Source: Meyerozyma guilliermondii (Eukaryota). From it: a stretch of 64,000 nt of DNA. The stretch's first letter is position 1; each line of letters opens with the position of its first letter. The stretch covers positions 1,054,001 to 1,118,000 of the forward strand of contig CP128816.1 of the NCBI GenBank assembly GCA_051546255.1, given 5' to 3'. Below the pieces are notes generated by a model. It saw only the letters and a program-made list of their open reading frames with translations. It was not told the DNA's origin and ran no database searches. Position numbers and translations under genes: made by a program. Shown here one piece after another: positions 1 through 10,126 of the stretch.

Positions 1-339
1 TACGTGGCATCCAATTCATGATCTAAAACGGGGATACTATTTGCAACCTGCTAGAGAAAAGGGCGGATTTATAGCAATACTTTGTTGTCTACGAATTTGT
101 ATCCCGGAATTAATATATACAATGCTAGTAATTATCAAGCTCTGTAAGTATCGTCGATTTGGTGGCAATGCTGTGTATTGAGTATCGTCATTAACATGAT
201 CTCTCGTTCTGTGTTTTGAAGAGCTCATGTGAAGTTACTTCAAAAACAAGGTTGTGCAGTTTGCTGTGAATAAGCATGTGGGAACATATAACGATGTAAC
301 AATTATACTTCAAAAGTGTATTCGCTATACATACTTAGT

Positions 340-1326
340 TCAATCTTCGATCTTGCTGAGAGTGTCACCCTTCCACCACTTGAATCCGATTCCGTAACCC
401 CATGGATCGTTAACATACCTAACAGGGTGGCCCTCCCCAATTTTATAAAGGGCGCTTAATTCCTCCTTATTCAATTTTGGCAATCTGACCATATTCTTAA
501 TCCTATCGTAATTGGACGATCTGGGAATAGCAATCCTACCCTCGCATATGTGATATGCATTGACGATTTCATTGACTGTAACTCCATATTTGTCGGCCAA
601 CTCTTTAACGTATGGAATCTTCAAAACAGGAGCACCAGTGCCTCCAACAGGACTATAAGCCTCGATAAGAATTTTGTGTTCAGCGCAGAAATCAACCAAA
701 TCCTGTTGAGGCAATTGAGGGTGATACTCAATTTGATTAACAACAGGCACGAAATGCTTAACCTTGGGAAGAAGTTGCTTAAGTTTGGTAATTGAGTAAT
801 TTGACACGCCAACTGATCTCACCTTATTCGTATTCGCTTTAATGTCTTCAATGGCATTGTATACGTCGATGAACTTGGTCCCTGTAACGGGGTCGTCATC
901 GTATTTCACATTTTCATCATCGGCCATAGGTTTCGAAGGAGTTCCGTCAGGTCCACCCTTCAGACAAATGGGCCAATGCTGCAAAAATAAGTCAACGTAA
1001 TCAATTCCTAAATCGGAAAGGGACGTATCTAACGACTTCTCAGGACTATGCCAAAATGAATGCCAAACTTTAGTTGTGATGAAGAGGTCCTCTCTCTTAA
1101 CAACACCTTCATCAAACAATTCCTTGAGAGCTTCACCGATATACTTCTCCGTACCATAATACCACGCAGTGTCAATCAAACGAAAGCCAGCTTTCACAGC
1201 GGTAATAATAATATCCTTGACTTGACTTGGATCATCAGGGGGTACAGTTCCAATACCGAGAGCTGGAATTTTTGATCCGTCATTCAAGTCAAACGTAATT
1301 TCCGTTGCGAATTTGTTCTGCGCCAT
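340..1326 (-). CDS. Aldo-keto reductase (GCY1/YPR1/ARA1-like)
   Basis: AKR motifs: IPALGIGT, IDTAWYY (catalytic D/Y), LFITTKVW, DLFLQHWP, GVSNY, NQIEYHP. Confidence 0.9.
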   Translation of the reverse strand: MAQNKFATEITFDLNDGSKIPALGIGTVPPDDPSQVKDIIITAVKAGFRLIDTAWYYGTEKYIGEALKELFDEGVVKREDLFITTKVWHSFWHSPEKSLDTSLSDLGIDYVDLFLQHWPICLKGGPDGTPSKPMADDENVKYDDDPVTGTKFIDVYNAIEDIKANTNKVRSVGVSNYSITKLKQLLPKVKHFVPVVNQIEYHPQLPQQDLVDFCAEHKILIEAYSPVGGTGAPVLKIPYVKELADKYGVTVNEIVNAYHICEGRIAIPRSSNYDRIKNMVRLPKLNKEELSALYKIGEGHPVRYVNDPWGYGIGFKWWKGDTLSKIED

Positions 1327-2249
1327 TATCGGTTGATTGAAAAATGTGTCTTGACTACTTTATATACTCCGAAAGATGCTCCGGTATACTATAGTCCGTT
1401 GCTTGCTTTACCCCGCTTGCTTGCTTTCGTTTTGTATGATTGAATTTGACTCAATGGGTTCTAAATAGTTGTCAATTAGGTTAAATCATACAACTCCCGA
1501 TGAGCTATACTTCCACTTCTAATAGTCTTTAATTCCGTATGAAATCTCTACTTTCTAGTCGTTCAACATCCACGTTCAGTAGCTTAGTCATCCACAGTTT
1601 AGTTAAGAGAGAACTTGGTGGGAAGAGAGTCAAGAATATCTTGATGTAGGCAACCTCTCTTTTGGGTGTGGTTCGTGTTAGAACGGTTTCCGACGACTTA
1701 CTGAGCCATTTGGTATGGTTCTTGCTACTGCAGGTTTCTTACAATAAGGTGAAACATCCTCTCGACAGTGAATTGCAACCGATTAAGTAAGCTTACTCTG
1801 GGAAGCTGGATAACGTAGTCCCGATAGCAATATAGACGCTGTTAGTATTTCCTGTGTTCAATACATGATAAGCATCGCTACCCTTATTACCAATAGATTA
1901 TAACCATATCACCTGAAGAATAAGGTGTCAACTATTTGGAATCAACAATTAGTAGGACACCTACGCCGAAACGAATACGAAACAACGATAAAGATAAAAG
2001 ATGAGCTTTTGACTGCCCGGCACGAGACACTTCGATGTATTATCCTTTTCAACTTATTTTTTTGTGAAACCAAAATGTCCGGTCAGGATAGATTCTCACA
2101 TATACTCCATACATAGTTTTATCCCTTTCTACGCAAACCTCTATTGTAATTGAACTGCTAGTTCGAGTGCGGCAGCAAATGATTATATGAGAACAAAGAC
2201 TTTCTTGGTACAATCTTTGCATTCTCCCTGTATAAGCTTTTCTAACTTC

Positions 2250-3489
2250 CTAAAGTTCAATATCTCCAATGACGTCGTCATTATCTGACTCGATCATGTC
2301 ATCGTTTGCATATTCATTCATGTATAGATCTTCATCTTCATCTTCGTCAATTTCGTCATCTTTGATCCCATTAGAATTATCATAATCAGGTCCTTCTTTT
2401 TGTCCGTTGTTTCCGCTATTTTCTGATTTTATTTTCGAATAATGAATCTTATTTATAGCTTTCAAGTATATGAAAGCGACTCTCTTTTTCTTTTTGTTGT
2501 AAATGAACCAGTAATAGGACCACATAGTTTGAAAAGGGTATGATAAGTCCTCAAGTATGGCTTGATCAGAAGGTTGGAACTCGTAGATTTGACAATTTTC
2601 ATAATTGTAGGATTGAGACTCATTGCCCACTTGCGCTCCACTTTTGGGAACTGACTGGCTCAAACTATTATTTCTCGAACTATCCTTGCCGTTGTGACTG
2701 CCGGGAATGGCTACCAGCGTCGTTCGAGGGGAGATGAAATCCATGTATACATTGATTGTGTCCCATATCCAATTTAGCAATTCTTCTTTCTTTCCGAGTG
2801 AGATCATTAAATTGTTGAACTTGTGAACGAGGTCTTCTGCTGAATTAATTTTGTGGAAGTTCTCTGTGGTCGGTTGTAAGTCTGAGAAGTCATGATCAGG
2901 GTAGGTGCTGTTGAGTATGGCAATCAAGTATGCAAAGGTCTTTCTTGTGTGAGCGTTTTTTAGTGGCCCAAAAGGTGACTCGTCAAAAATGGCTGAATCC
3001 ATTGGCTCAAGTCCTGCTGATATACCAGTCGCTTGGTTACCGCTTAAGGTCGTCAAGGACCGAAGGGATTGATTGTCAAAACTAGTCAGACTGGAACTAC
3101 CTCGATGAGCCATTGCAGAAGTGTCGAATTGTGGCGGTGAACCACTACTTCCGAATAAACTGACTATCGAATTATGTCGGTCTCGTTCCATTGACTGAGA
3201 CAATTGATTGTCCTCCACCAACTGGTCCAAATGTTTATCGATAGTCTTAAAAAGCTTTCTGTCGGAGCCAATTGGCTTTGTCGTGAATAAGTCACACCCT
3301 CCATTTATCACCAAGTTGTTATCTTGACTGTGGAAGTTGAGCTCTTGGTTAACTAGTTCAATATCAACCTCATCTATAAACTGTGTTAGACATGAAGAGC
3401 ATTAGGCTAGGGAAATACCATTCGATTATTGGTGATTATTTATGGTAATTCCTGGTATTCGGTTATTGGCCATTAGTACTTACCTTCAT
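2250..3489 (-). CDS. MAF1: RNA polymerase III repressor Maf1, two exons (3484-3489 and 2250-3380), 378 aa
   Basis: Splicing gives MK|FIDEVDIELVNQELNF...GGCDLFTTK, the Maf1 N-terminus. Also YLIAILNSTYPDHDFS, WSYYWFIYNKKKKRV and an acidic tail. Confidence 0.93.
3381..3483 (-). other. Spliceosomal intron of MAF1 (103 nt)
   Basis: GTAAGT donor directly after ATGAAG, GTCTAAC branch, ACAG acceptor; restores the frame and the conserved N-terminus. Confidence 0.9.
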
Positions 3490-3580
3490 GATCAAAGAAT
3501 TCTTATAAGTTTAGTTCTGGGGTGGTGCTTCGTTGATTGTAGGCTATCTGTGACCGACACGACCGGGTAATTTGAGCAGC

Positions 3581-5095
3581 TTATCTGCGAACTTCGTGGA
3601 GTCCTGCCAGATCCAATTCAATCTCTATTTTCTCCCGCTCGTCGTTGGCGTTTGCTGTGGAGAAACAATCGTTCGATACTATTTTGGCAAATCTTTCGAC
3701 CATCCAACTCTTGTTAGATGAACCCAGCAGAGTTTTTGCGCTTTCAAGGAACATATAATCATCACGTGTATCCTTCATATCAGTTCCCGCAACGTGTATC
3801 TCACCTCTATTAACACTTTCGCTGCTATCCATTTCACTAGTGATGACCTTTGCCTCCTTATACGACTTCATTAATAGTATCCGAACTTGAATGCTTTTAA
3901 TCCACTGATAACCCAATGCAGGTACTTGCCGCTTGGTCCTGACCTGCGGCTCGGTATGTCTGGTTGTAATAGGTTTCTGAACATGAGGTGATGAAAATAG
4001 TCCACCATCAACTTTCTGCCTCTTATTACTAGAATACCCATGTTTGGTGACGCTATAGTCGGTGGTCTGATCACTTGGCACTTCATCAACCTGATAATTG
4101 AGAACCACATTGTTGTCCCACCCCGCAAGAATTCCTACTTGGTGGTCCAAATCTAAGCAGCTTTTGTCGGCCGTAAAGTCCATTTGTGGGATAAAGTCTG
4201 GTTGATCGCTCACTTGATTTGCAATTACAATCGCAATTGAGTACTTTTGAGCAACTTGTAACAAATGATGGTGTAACAATGAGATATAGGTAGCACGCAA
4301 TAAAGAAGTCTTATAACGAGGGCTGAATCTGAAAAATCGACCTAGCTGGTTGTCGTGTTTCCTTTTTAAATCTGCGCCGTAGCCTAGTTCAGATAGTTTC
4401 GCTTCTTGTTCTCGTATTCGAGTTTCGAGATAAGATGTGATTGATATATGGTCATCTCGGCGTAAATGATGAGATATACTATCGATTACCACTAGGTGAA
4501 CATTCTTTTCAAGGTCTAGAAGTGCTGGGAGTTGTGTGTAAAGAATATGATCTTGGTGTTCAAGATCGGAACAATAAACACTCATAATGTTTTCCATAAT
4601 ATGCGGTGCTGCATTCCTCCCAGCCATTTCTTCAAGCCTACTTGTTGCAATCACCGACTCGGTAGATATATAGACGCTTTTCGAACTTTCATGAAGTTTC
4701 ACGCTGTTAATCGACATTTGTAATAGCAATTGGGACTTCCCTGTCCCACTTGCCCCGAATATTTCTGTGATGTCTCCAACCTTGGCGCCCCCATTCAATC
4801 GCTGATCCAATGATTCTATACCAGTGCTTACATGCAGTGTTGTGGTTTCAGGCTCAAGAACAGGGGTCTCAATGATACCTCTCGTTGTTTCCGATTTCAA
4901 GCGATTCGTGAACTCAGAGACTTCGTTCGGGGATCTTCCAATTTTTCTAGCTAGGCGTGAAATTCCATCGTCCAATAGCGAGGCCGTTAACAAGTCTACA
5001 GTCGTGATACCATACCTTTCAAGAGTGGTTACTAGTACGGTGAAGTCGTCTTCCAAACTCGTCTCCAGCAGGATTCCCTGCTTTAATATATCCAT
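3581..5095 (-). CDS. RAD57: Rad51 paralog Rad57 (XRCC3-like)
   Basis: VSTGIESLDQRLNGG, Walker A GASGTGKS, YISTE, Walker B VVIDS, IVIANQV, VPALG. First ATG is at 5095 (the ORF track starts at a GTG). Confidence 0.88.
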   Translation of the reverse strand: MDILKQGILLETSLEDDFTVLVTTLERYGITTVDLLTASLLDDGISRLARKIGRSPNEVSEFTNRLKSETTRGIIETPVLEPETTTLHVSTGIESLDQRLNGGAKVGDITEIFGASGTGKSQLLLQMSINSVKLHESSKSVYISTESVIATSRLEEMAGRNAAPHIMENIMSVYCSDLEHQDHILYTQLPALLDLEKNVHLVVIDSISHHLRRDDHISITSYLETRIREQEAKLSELGYGADLKRKHDNQLGRFFRFSPRYKTSLLRATYISLLHHHLLQVAQKYSIAIVIANQVSDQPDFIPQMDFTADKSCLDLDHQVGILAGWDNNVVLNYQVDEVPSDQTTDYSVTKHGYSSNKRQKVDGGLFSSPHVQKPITTRHTEPQVRTKRQVPALGYQWIKSIQVRILLMKSYKEAKVITSEMDSSESVNRGEIHVAGTDMKDTRDDYMFLESAKTLLGSSNKSWMVERFAKIVSNDCFSTANANDEREKIEIELDLAGLHEVRR

Positions 5096-5165
5096 GTTAT
5101 CACATCGCACGAGATCAAGTGCGCGTTAAGTTATCAATGCGAATACAAACAAATTTATTAATGAC

Positions 5166-6251
5166 TTAAAAGTTCTCTTGAGCTTTGCTAAGCATGAAGT
5201 CCTTTGCCTTAAGCATCCTTACCAAGAAATTTGGAACTCCGCAACCAAATAAAATTCCGATTCCTCCCTCGCGAGAAATAGGCACGAATTGAGTTGTTTT
5301 GATTGGCTTCATTGGCTTCCTCCGATCCTGCGACTTATCAAATAAGTAGTCCAAAGTTTTCAGAAGAGTGCCCCACTGTACATAGTTAAAAGTTACAAGG
5401 TCACTTGCAGTTCCAGATACGATATCTCCCCCAGCAACAACCTCGGGAAAGTCCTTGAGCTGAAGATAATCGTTAGTGAGAACAAAACCAGACTCATCAA
5501 GAACATCAGCTGGCAAAAAATCCGAATTGGGCTGCAATCCGTTCGCCTCAATCACAACATCGTACTCTTCTGATGTTCCGTCTTCAAATGTAAGAACTTT
5601 ACCTTCTTTTACATGTGGCCTCACTGAGTTAGCCACTTTCACTCCCAATTTTTGCAATTTTAGTTCAGCCTGTTTAGATCTGTGATCACCTAAGTAAGAA
5701 AGCGGCCCCTTTGAGCCCGTGTACAACGTAATCGTCTTTGTTTTGCCGTATTCATAGCCAATCTCACCAGCTGTTTCCACACCAGTAGGTCCTCCCCCGA
5801 TGACTGCAATTTTAGTAGCCGCTTTAAGCTCTTTGTTAACCTTCTCAATACTTTCGATTGTCAAAGAATAGTCACCAAGAAGCTTGAATGTGGGAGTTGC
5901 ATATCTCGTACCACTGGCTATCACCAAAACGTCATACGTCAATAATTGAGTCTGTCCATTGGAGTTAACATCAATAGAACGGTCTTTCAAATTTAAAGAC
6001 TCGACCGATCCGTGAATAAATTTGACATGACTGTTCTTATTGTTTTTCTTGAGCGTTTCCTCGACCTTAGCAACGGCTTTGTCTAATTTAGAGGGTTCCA
6101 AAAGCAATCTTGGTGCTGCAACGGTATAGAAAGCATGTGTCGATTTGGACACGACAGTAACACTAATCTCGCTATCGCCCTTCGCTAAAATGTGCTTTGC
6201 AGCTTTGAGGCCCGCAAAAGAACCTCCAATAATGACGACTTCTTTGACCAT
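5166..6251 (-). CDS. AIF/AMID (FSP1)-like FAD-dependent NAD(P)H oxidoreductase
   Basis: VVIIGGSFAG (FAD-binding), YDVLVIASG, IGGGPTGVE.AGEI (NAD-binding), AGGD. Confidence 0.85.
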   Translation of the reverse strand: MVKEVVIIGGSFAGLKAAKHILAKGDSEISVTVVSKSTHAFYTVAAPRLLLEPSKLDKAVAKVEETLKKNNKNSHVKFIHGSVESLNLKDRSIDVNSNGQTQLLTYDVLVIASGTRYATPTFKLLGDYSLTIESIEKVNKELKAATKIAVIGGGPTGVETAGEIGYEYGKTKTITLYTGSKGPLSYLGDHRSKQAELKLQKLGVKVANSVRPHVKEGKVLTFEDGTSEEYDVVIEANGLQPNSDFLPADVLDESGFVLTNDYLQLKDFPEVVAGGDIVSGTASDLVTFNYVQWGTLLKTLDYLFDKSQDRRKPMKPIKTTQFVPISREGGIGILFGCGVPNFLVRMLKAKDFMLSKAQENF

Positions 6252-6343
6252 TTTCGATTAATGTCAAGAGCTCAGGGAAATGGTCTTTATTTATACGCAA
6301 GCCTTTTCACTCTTAGCAGCCTCCAAGCAGTGAACTTGGACTA

Positions 6344-6361
6344 TTACTAAACTTTTAGTAA
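6344..6361. promoter_or_regulatory. Inverted pair of Yap1/Cap1 elements upstream of the AIF-like gene
   Basis: TTACTAA 6344-6350 and TTAGTAA 6355-6361, just upstream of a minus-strand TATAAATA near 6290. Confidence 0.6.
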
Positions 6362-6815
6362 TTTTAAGGCTCACGTGGTATTGTTCAAAAAATTATTTAT
6401 CCAACGCCACACTGAAACAATCTTAATTTCTTCGACGTAGTTGCTAGACTGTAGCTCTATATACTGCAATCATACGTTGTCAGTGGGATTCATTAAGCAA
6501 GTTTCGCTTTAGTTGGCCGTTTTTTGTTTTCCTGCACAATGCTCAGAACTGCTTGCTCCATGCGAATTTGCAGCCGTCCTTCGCCTAAATGAAGCTTTGC
6601 TTGCTTAAAGTCGTATTACGAGGTTATAATAACACTCAAGTTCGGCTCATTCTCAGAGCTATCTAAAATTCACAGGCTTGGTGCCATTTTAATTCGTTCG
6701 CCGCAGTCTTCCATGTCAACCTTTTCATACACATAGTGGTGATAATGAAGATAAGCCGCACAAGTAATGCAAGCCAGTACTTGAATAGCTACACGTTTAT
6801 TGCTTATTCAGCTAA

Positions 6816-7679
6816 CTAGTGTGCACCGGCAATAAAAAACCACTTGTCAATCGACTTATCGATGGGTGCTGGTGGCAATGGAGAGGCGGCAGGAATCTCA
6901 GAGGCCACTGCGGGTGAGTAGGAAGCACTGTTCAGGATTGTGGTGTTCTCCAAAGAGATGCCCTTGGAATCAGCAGCTTCGCCCTTGATCAACTTATCCC
7001 AAGCCTCAGCGCACTCGGAGATGATCTCTTCGGCGTATTTTTTGTTCTTACATTCACCGGAAAAGGCGAATTGGTTTTCTGGCTTACCATCTGGGATCTT
7101 GTAGATTCTGAACCACTCGTTGGTGGCGCGCAACAAACCGGGCAAGTGGGTCTCCACGTCCTCAATGTCGTTCAACTTGCTGGCCAATGGGTCATTGACG
7201 TCAATGACAATGATTTTCCAATCGGTCTCACCCTCATCCAAGAGAGCCATGACACCCAAAACTTTCACCTGCTTCACTTCACCTACAGTGGCAACAGCCT
7301 CACCAATTTCACAAACGTCCAAAGGATCGTTGTCACCCTTGGCCTTGGTCTCTGGGTGGGTCACGTTAGGGTCTTCCCAAGTCTGGGGGAATGCACCGTA
7401 GTTGTGAATGTAGCCATGGTGAGGGAAACAGTTACGAACGAATCTCAATTTACCCTTTTTGGTGTCTTGAATAATTGGGTTGAGCTTCTGTTCTTTTGAA
7501 ATCTCCAACTTGGCATTGGTCCATCTTGGTACCTCAACGATCATGTTCAAGATGGTTTTCTCTTCGTTGGCGTACAATGGAATGTCATGGAAAGGAGACA
7601 CAGGTTGGCCATTCTTCTCAATGTAAACCTTGTAATCGAAGGTGTTAGCGGCACCAATTTGGCGGGGAGCGTAAGACAT
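6816..7679 (-). CDS. IPP1: Cytoplasmic inorganic pyrophosphatase
   Basis: [50 protein letters not shown]; strong codon bias. Confidence 0.98.
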   Translation of the reverse strand: MSYAPRQIGAANTFDYKVYIEKNGQPVSPFHDIPLYANEEKTILNMIVEVPRWTNAKLEISKEQKLNPIIQDTKKGKLRFVRNCFPHHGYIHNYGAFPQTWEDPNVTHPETKAKGDNDPLDVCEIGEAVATVGEVKQVKVLGVMALLDEGETDWKIIVIDVNDPLASKLNDIEDVETHLPGLLRATNEWFRIYKIPDGKPENQFAFSGECKNKKYAEEIISECAEAWDKLIKGEAADSKGISLENTTILNSASYSPAVASEIPAASPLPPAPIDKSIDKWFFIAGAH

Positions 7680-7712
7680 AGCAACTAATTGACTAGTGAC
7701 GTGGAGAAAAAA

Positions 7713-8940
7713 TCACTCTCGAGGTATTGGTTCGTCGGCCAGGTTGGTGCGCGCACGAGGGGTTGCGTAATTTTTAAGTCCGGGCTGATTGATCCACACA
7801 TCGGCCTTAGATAGGATATAGTCGATGGCACTTTTACTATCGCCTGGGTCCACCAAGTTCATCTCTGATTTCTTGTACAACGTCATACTTCGACAGAGCT
7901 CACGCTGCCACTTTGCAAGTTCTTCGAAGGACTGTTTATCACTCTGATTTTTTTGTATGTACAACAAAAAGTTCTGTGCCAAGTGGATCTCGTAAGCTGT
8001 TATATCAAGATGCCCCTGGCTATATTCGTGAAGAAATACGCCAGCAAGTGTTAGATTTCGTAGGCTCTTAGTGTGATATTGGCTACCGAATTTGTAGGCG
8101 CGGAATATACTGAGTCCGAAGACGTCAGAGTCCACAAAGCCTAGGAATGGAGTAGTGGGCCACGACTTCGAGAGTAACTCGACAAATTTCTTGGTAAGGA
8201 TGTCAGGGTTTCCTTTTCCCGTTATGACTAGCAAGTCTTTAGGGTTGCTGATTGTACGTAAATGATCACACAAGGTAGAAAACACTGCATCTTTCTCTAC
8301 TAAAATGACCACTTTGGGGGCTGCACTCATGACGGTAGACCTCTCGCTGTCGAAATTTGGTATTAGACATGGGACCTTGGTGCTGTTACACTCAAACACT
8401 TGATCTCCTGTATGCGTCTTCAAAGAGCCGTAAATGAGCCCTTTTCTGGATGGAAAGATACGCAAATCTACTTCCAAGCACATACCGAGTGAAGTTGCAA
8501 TTGAATCTATAATGGTGTCACAGTACCTTTGCGATTTTTTGTAGGTGGAGACATCCTTATAGTATATGTCTCTCTTTGATGTGAAACGAGCCAGTTGCAA
8601 ATTATCTATCATGGCCTTGATTACTTTCAAGTAAGCCGCAAACTTCCTAGCATCATACATGCTAGTTGCACACAGTGTAATGTACTGACTCGGAAGCCCA
8701 TGAGTGTTTCGGGGCCTCTTCTTTGAGCCCGATTCCGTCTCGAATATGATCTCAGCTACAAACTCATTGATGATTGCCCCTCTAAGCTCTTCCCATATCT
8801 GAAGTAGTATATTCAAGGGATCATTACTATGTTAGACTTATCCACAAATTTCTTCTTGATACGTACTCTCGATATTTCACATTGATGGAATGAAGCTTGA
8901 TGCTTTTGACCTCTAATTCCTTTGCCACTTTAGTACACAT
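7713..8940 (-). CDS. SPO11: Meiotic transesterase Spo11, predicted two exons (8867-8940 and 7713-8826), 395 aa
   Basis: KRDIYY (catalytic Tyr), KGLIYG, Toprim ILVEKDAVF, ITGKGNPD, DSDVFG, KSEMN. The 5' exon is inferred from splice signals. Confidence 0.9.
8827..8866 (-). other. Predicted 40-nt intron in SPO11
   Basis: GTACGT...GTCTAAC-ATAG joins the ATG at 8940 in frame to the main ORF, which lacks an early ATG. Confidence 0.72.
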
Positions 8941-9391
8941 TGCAATTTTGCACAATTTTGCAACCGCGCGTATTTAATTTAACTATTTCATAATACAGCA
9001 ATATTTACAAATTAAAAAGCCAAAGTAATAAAGCAATAGAACAATAAGAACCTGAGTACATTCTAGTCAATTGCAAACATAGCCAAATTCACTACAGCAA
9101 ATTATACACTTGGGTGAGACGTGATGCAGAATCTTACCGAAGTTGGTGTTTTCTTAACTGGGGTCAAAAAGAGATAAGTGACGTATAAGCCATACTTGGA
9201 CAGTTAAGCCCATCTCCTAGACTCCTCAGCCCATAGATAAGCGACGTAAAGTCATGAATCCGTCTCGTCGTTTATAATCTCAGCCTCAAATTGGTAAGCA
9301 CACGAAACCTTATATAGTGATCATCATCTGGGGAATTAGAGGCAAGTATTGAGAACATTTACCACACTCTTCTTGTTGAGATAATTTTGAA

Positions 9392-10126
9392 ATGCCTTCG
9401 TTGAGTGCCTACGATTTGAACAAAAGATACGTATACGGCTCCAGTAGCTGGGGTGGGGGAGCACGATGGGCCTTTTTTGCCATTTTTATTGCAGTGGTAA
9501 TCATTGTGATATTAGGAACTTTTCGTGCCAATAAGAAAAGGACTGCTCGAGGAATAGAACCGATCTATGGTACTCGGTGGATGACACCTCCATCATATTT
9601 CCAATCGCAACATCAGTACAATCAACCTCAAGGTAGAGACGCTGATATGCCTAGTGCTTATGTCCCAGCATATTCTGCTAGAGCCAATGAGTATGATATG
9701 GGATATTATGACCAGGACGGAGTATTCCACGCAAATCCAAACGCTAAGGCGTCGATGCCACAAGGAAGCGGGGATGCAAATATCGCACCTCCGGAGCAAA
9801 CTCATCAACGTACTACTAGCACGGCCACTGACGGAGTTCCTTTGAGCAGTACAGTTCCCGCCAGCGGTGGCGTGACGTTTACAGATGAAGCCCGTCAAGC
9901 GCAAAGAACCTCGGAGGACTCGCTCGACATGTACAGGCGTCCAGCAGGTGTTCCCGGCGCTTTTCCATCACAAAGCATGAATAATGGTACTCGTGAATCC
10001 TCGCCTGAGTATGGGCCACCTGCTAGCCCTCCACCCGATTTGGGGTCTTCATCGAGAGATTCAGCCTTACCAAGCTTCAGCGAGAGCCCTCATGCCTCCT
10101 CCAAATTTGGAACCAAAGAGAAATGA
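9392..10126 (+). CDS. Rcr1/Rcr2-family single-pass membrane protein (chitin deposition, Rsp5 adaptor)
   Basis: ARWAFF transmembrane segment, PIYGTRWMTPPSY, YVPAYS, DMGYYDQDGVFH. Confidence 0.85.
   Translation: MPSLSAYDLNKRYVYGSSSWGGGARWAFFAIFIAVVIIVILGTFRANKKRTARGIEPIYGTRWMTPPSYFQSQHQYNQPQGRDADMPSAYVPAYSARANEYDMGYYDQDGVFHANPNAKASMPQGSGDANIAPPEQTHQRTTSTATDGVPLSSTVPASGGVTFTDEARQAQRTSEDSLDMYRRPAGVPGAFPSQSMNNGTRESSPEYGPPASPPPDLGSSSRDSALPSFSESPHASSKFGTKEK

Noticed and set aside
7071..7499. Antisense ORFs over IPP1 (and similar ones over PHM7, GIT, PRE9)
   Set aside because: Expected antisense openness of biased coding sequence
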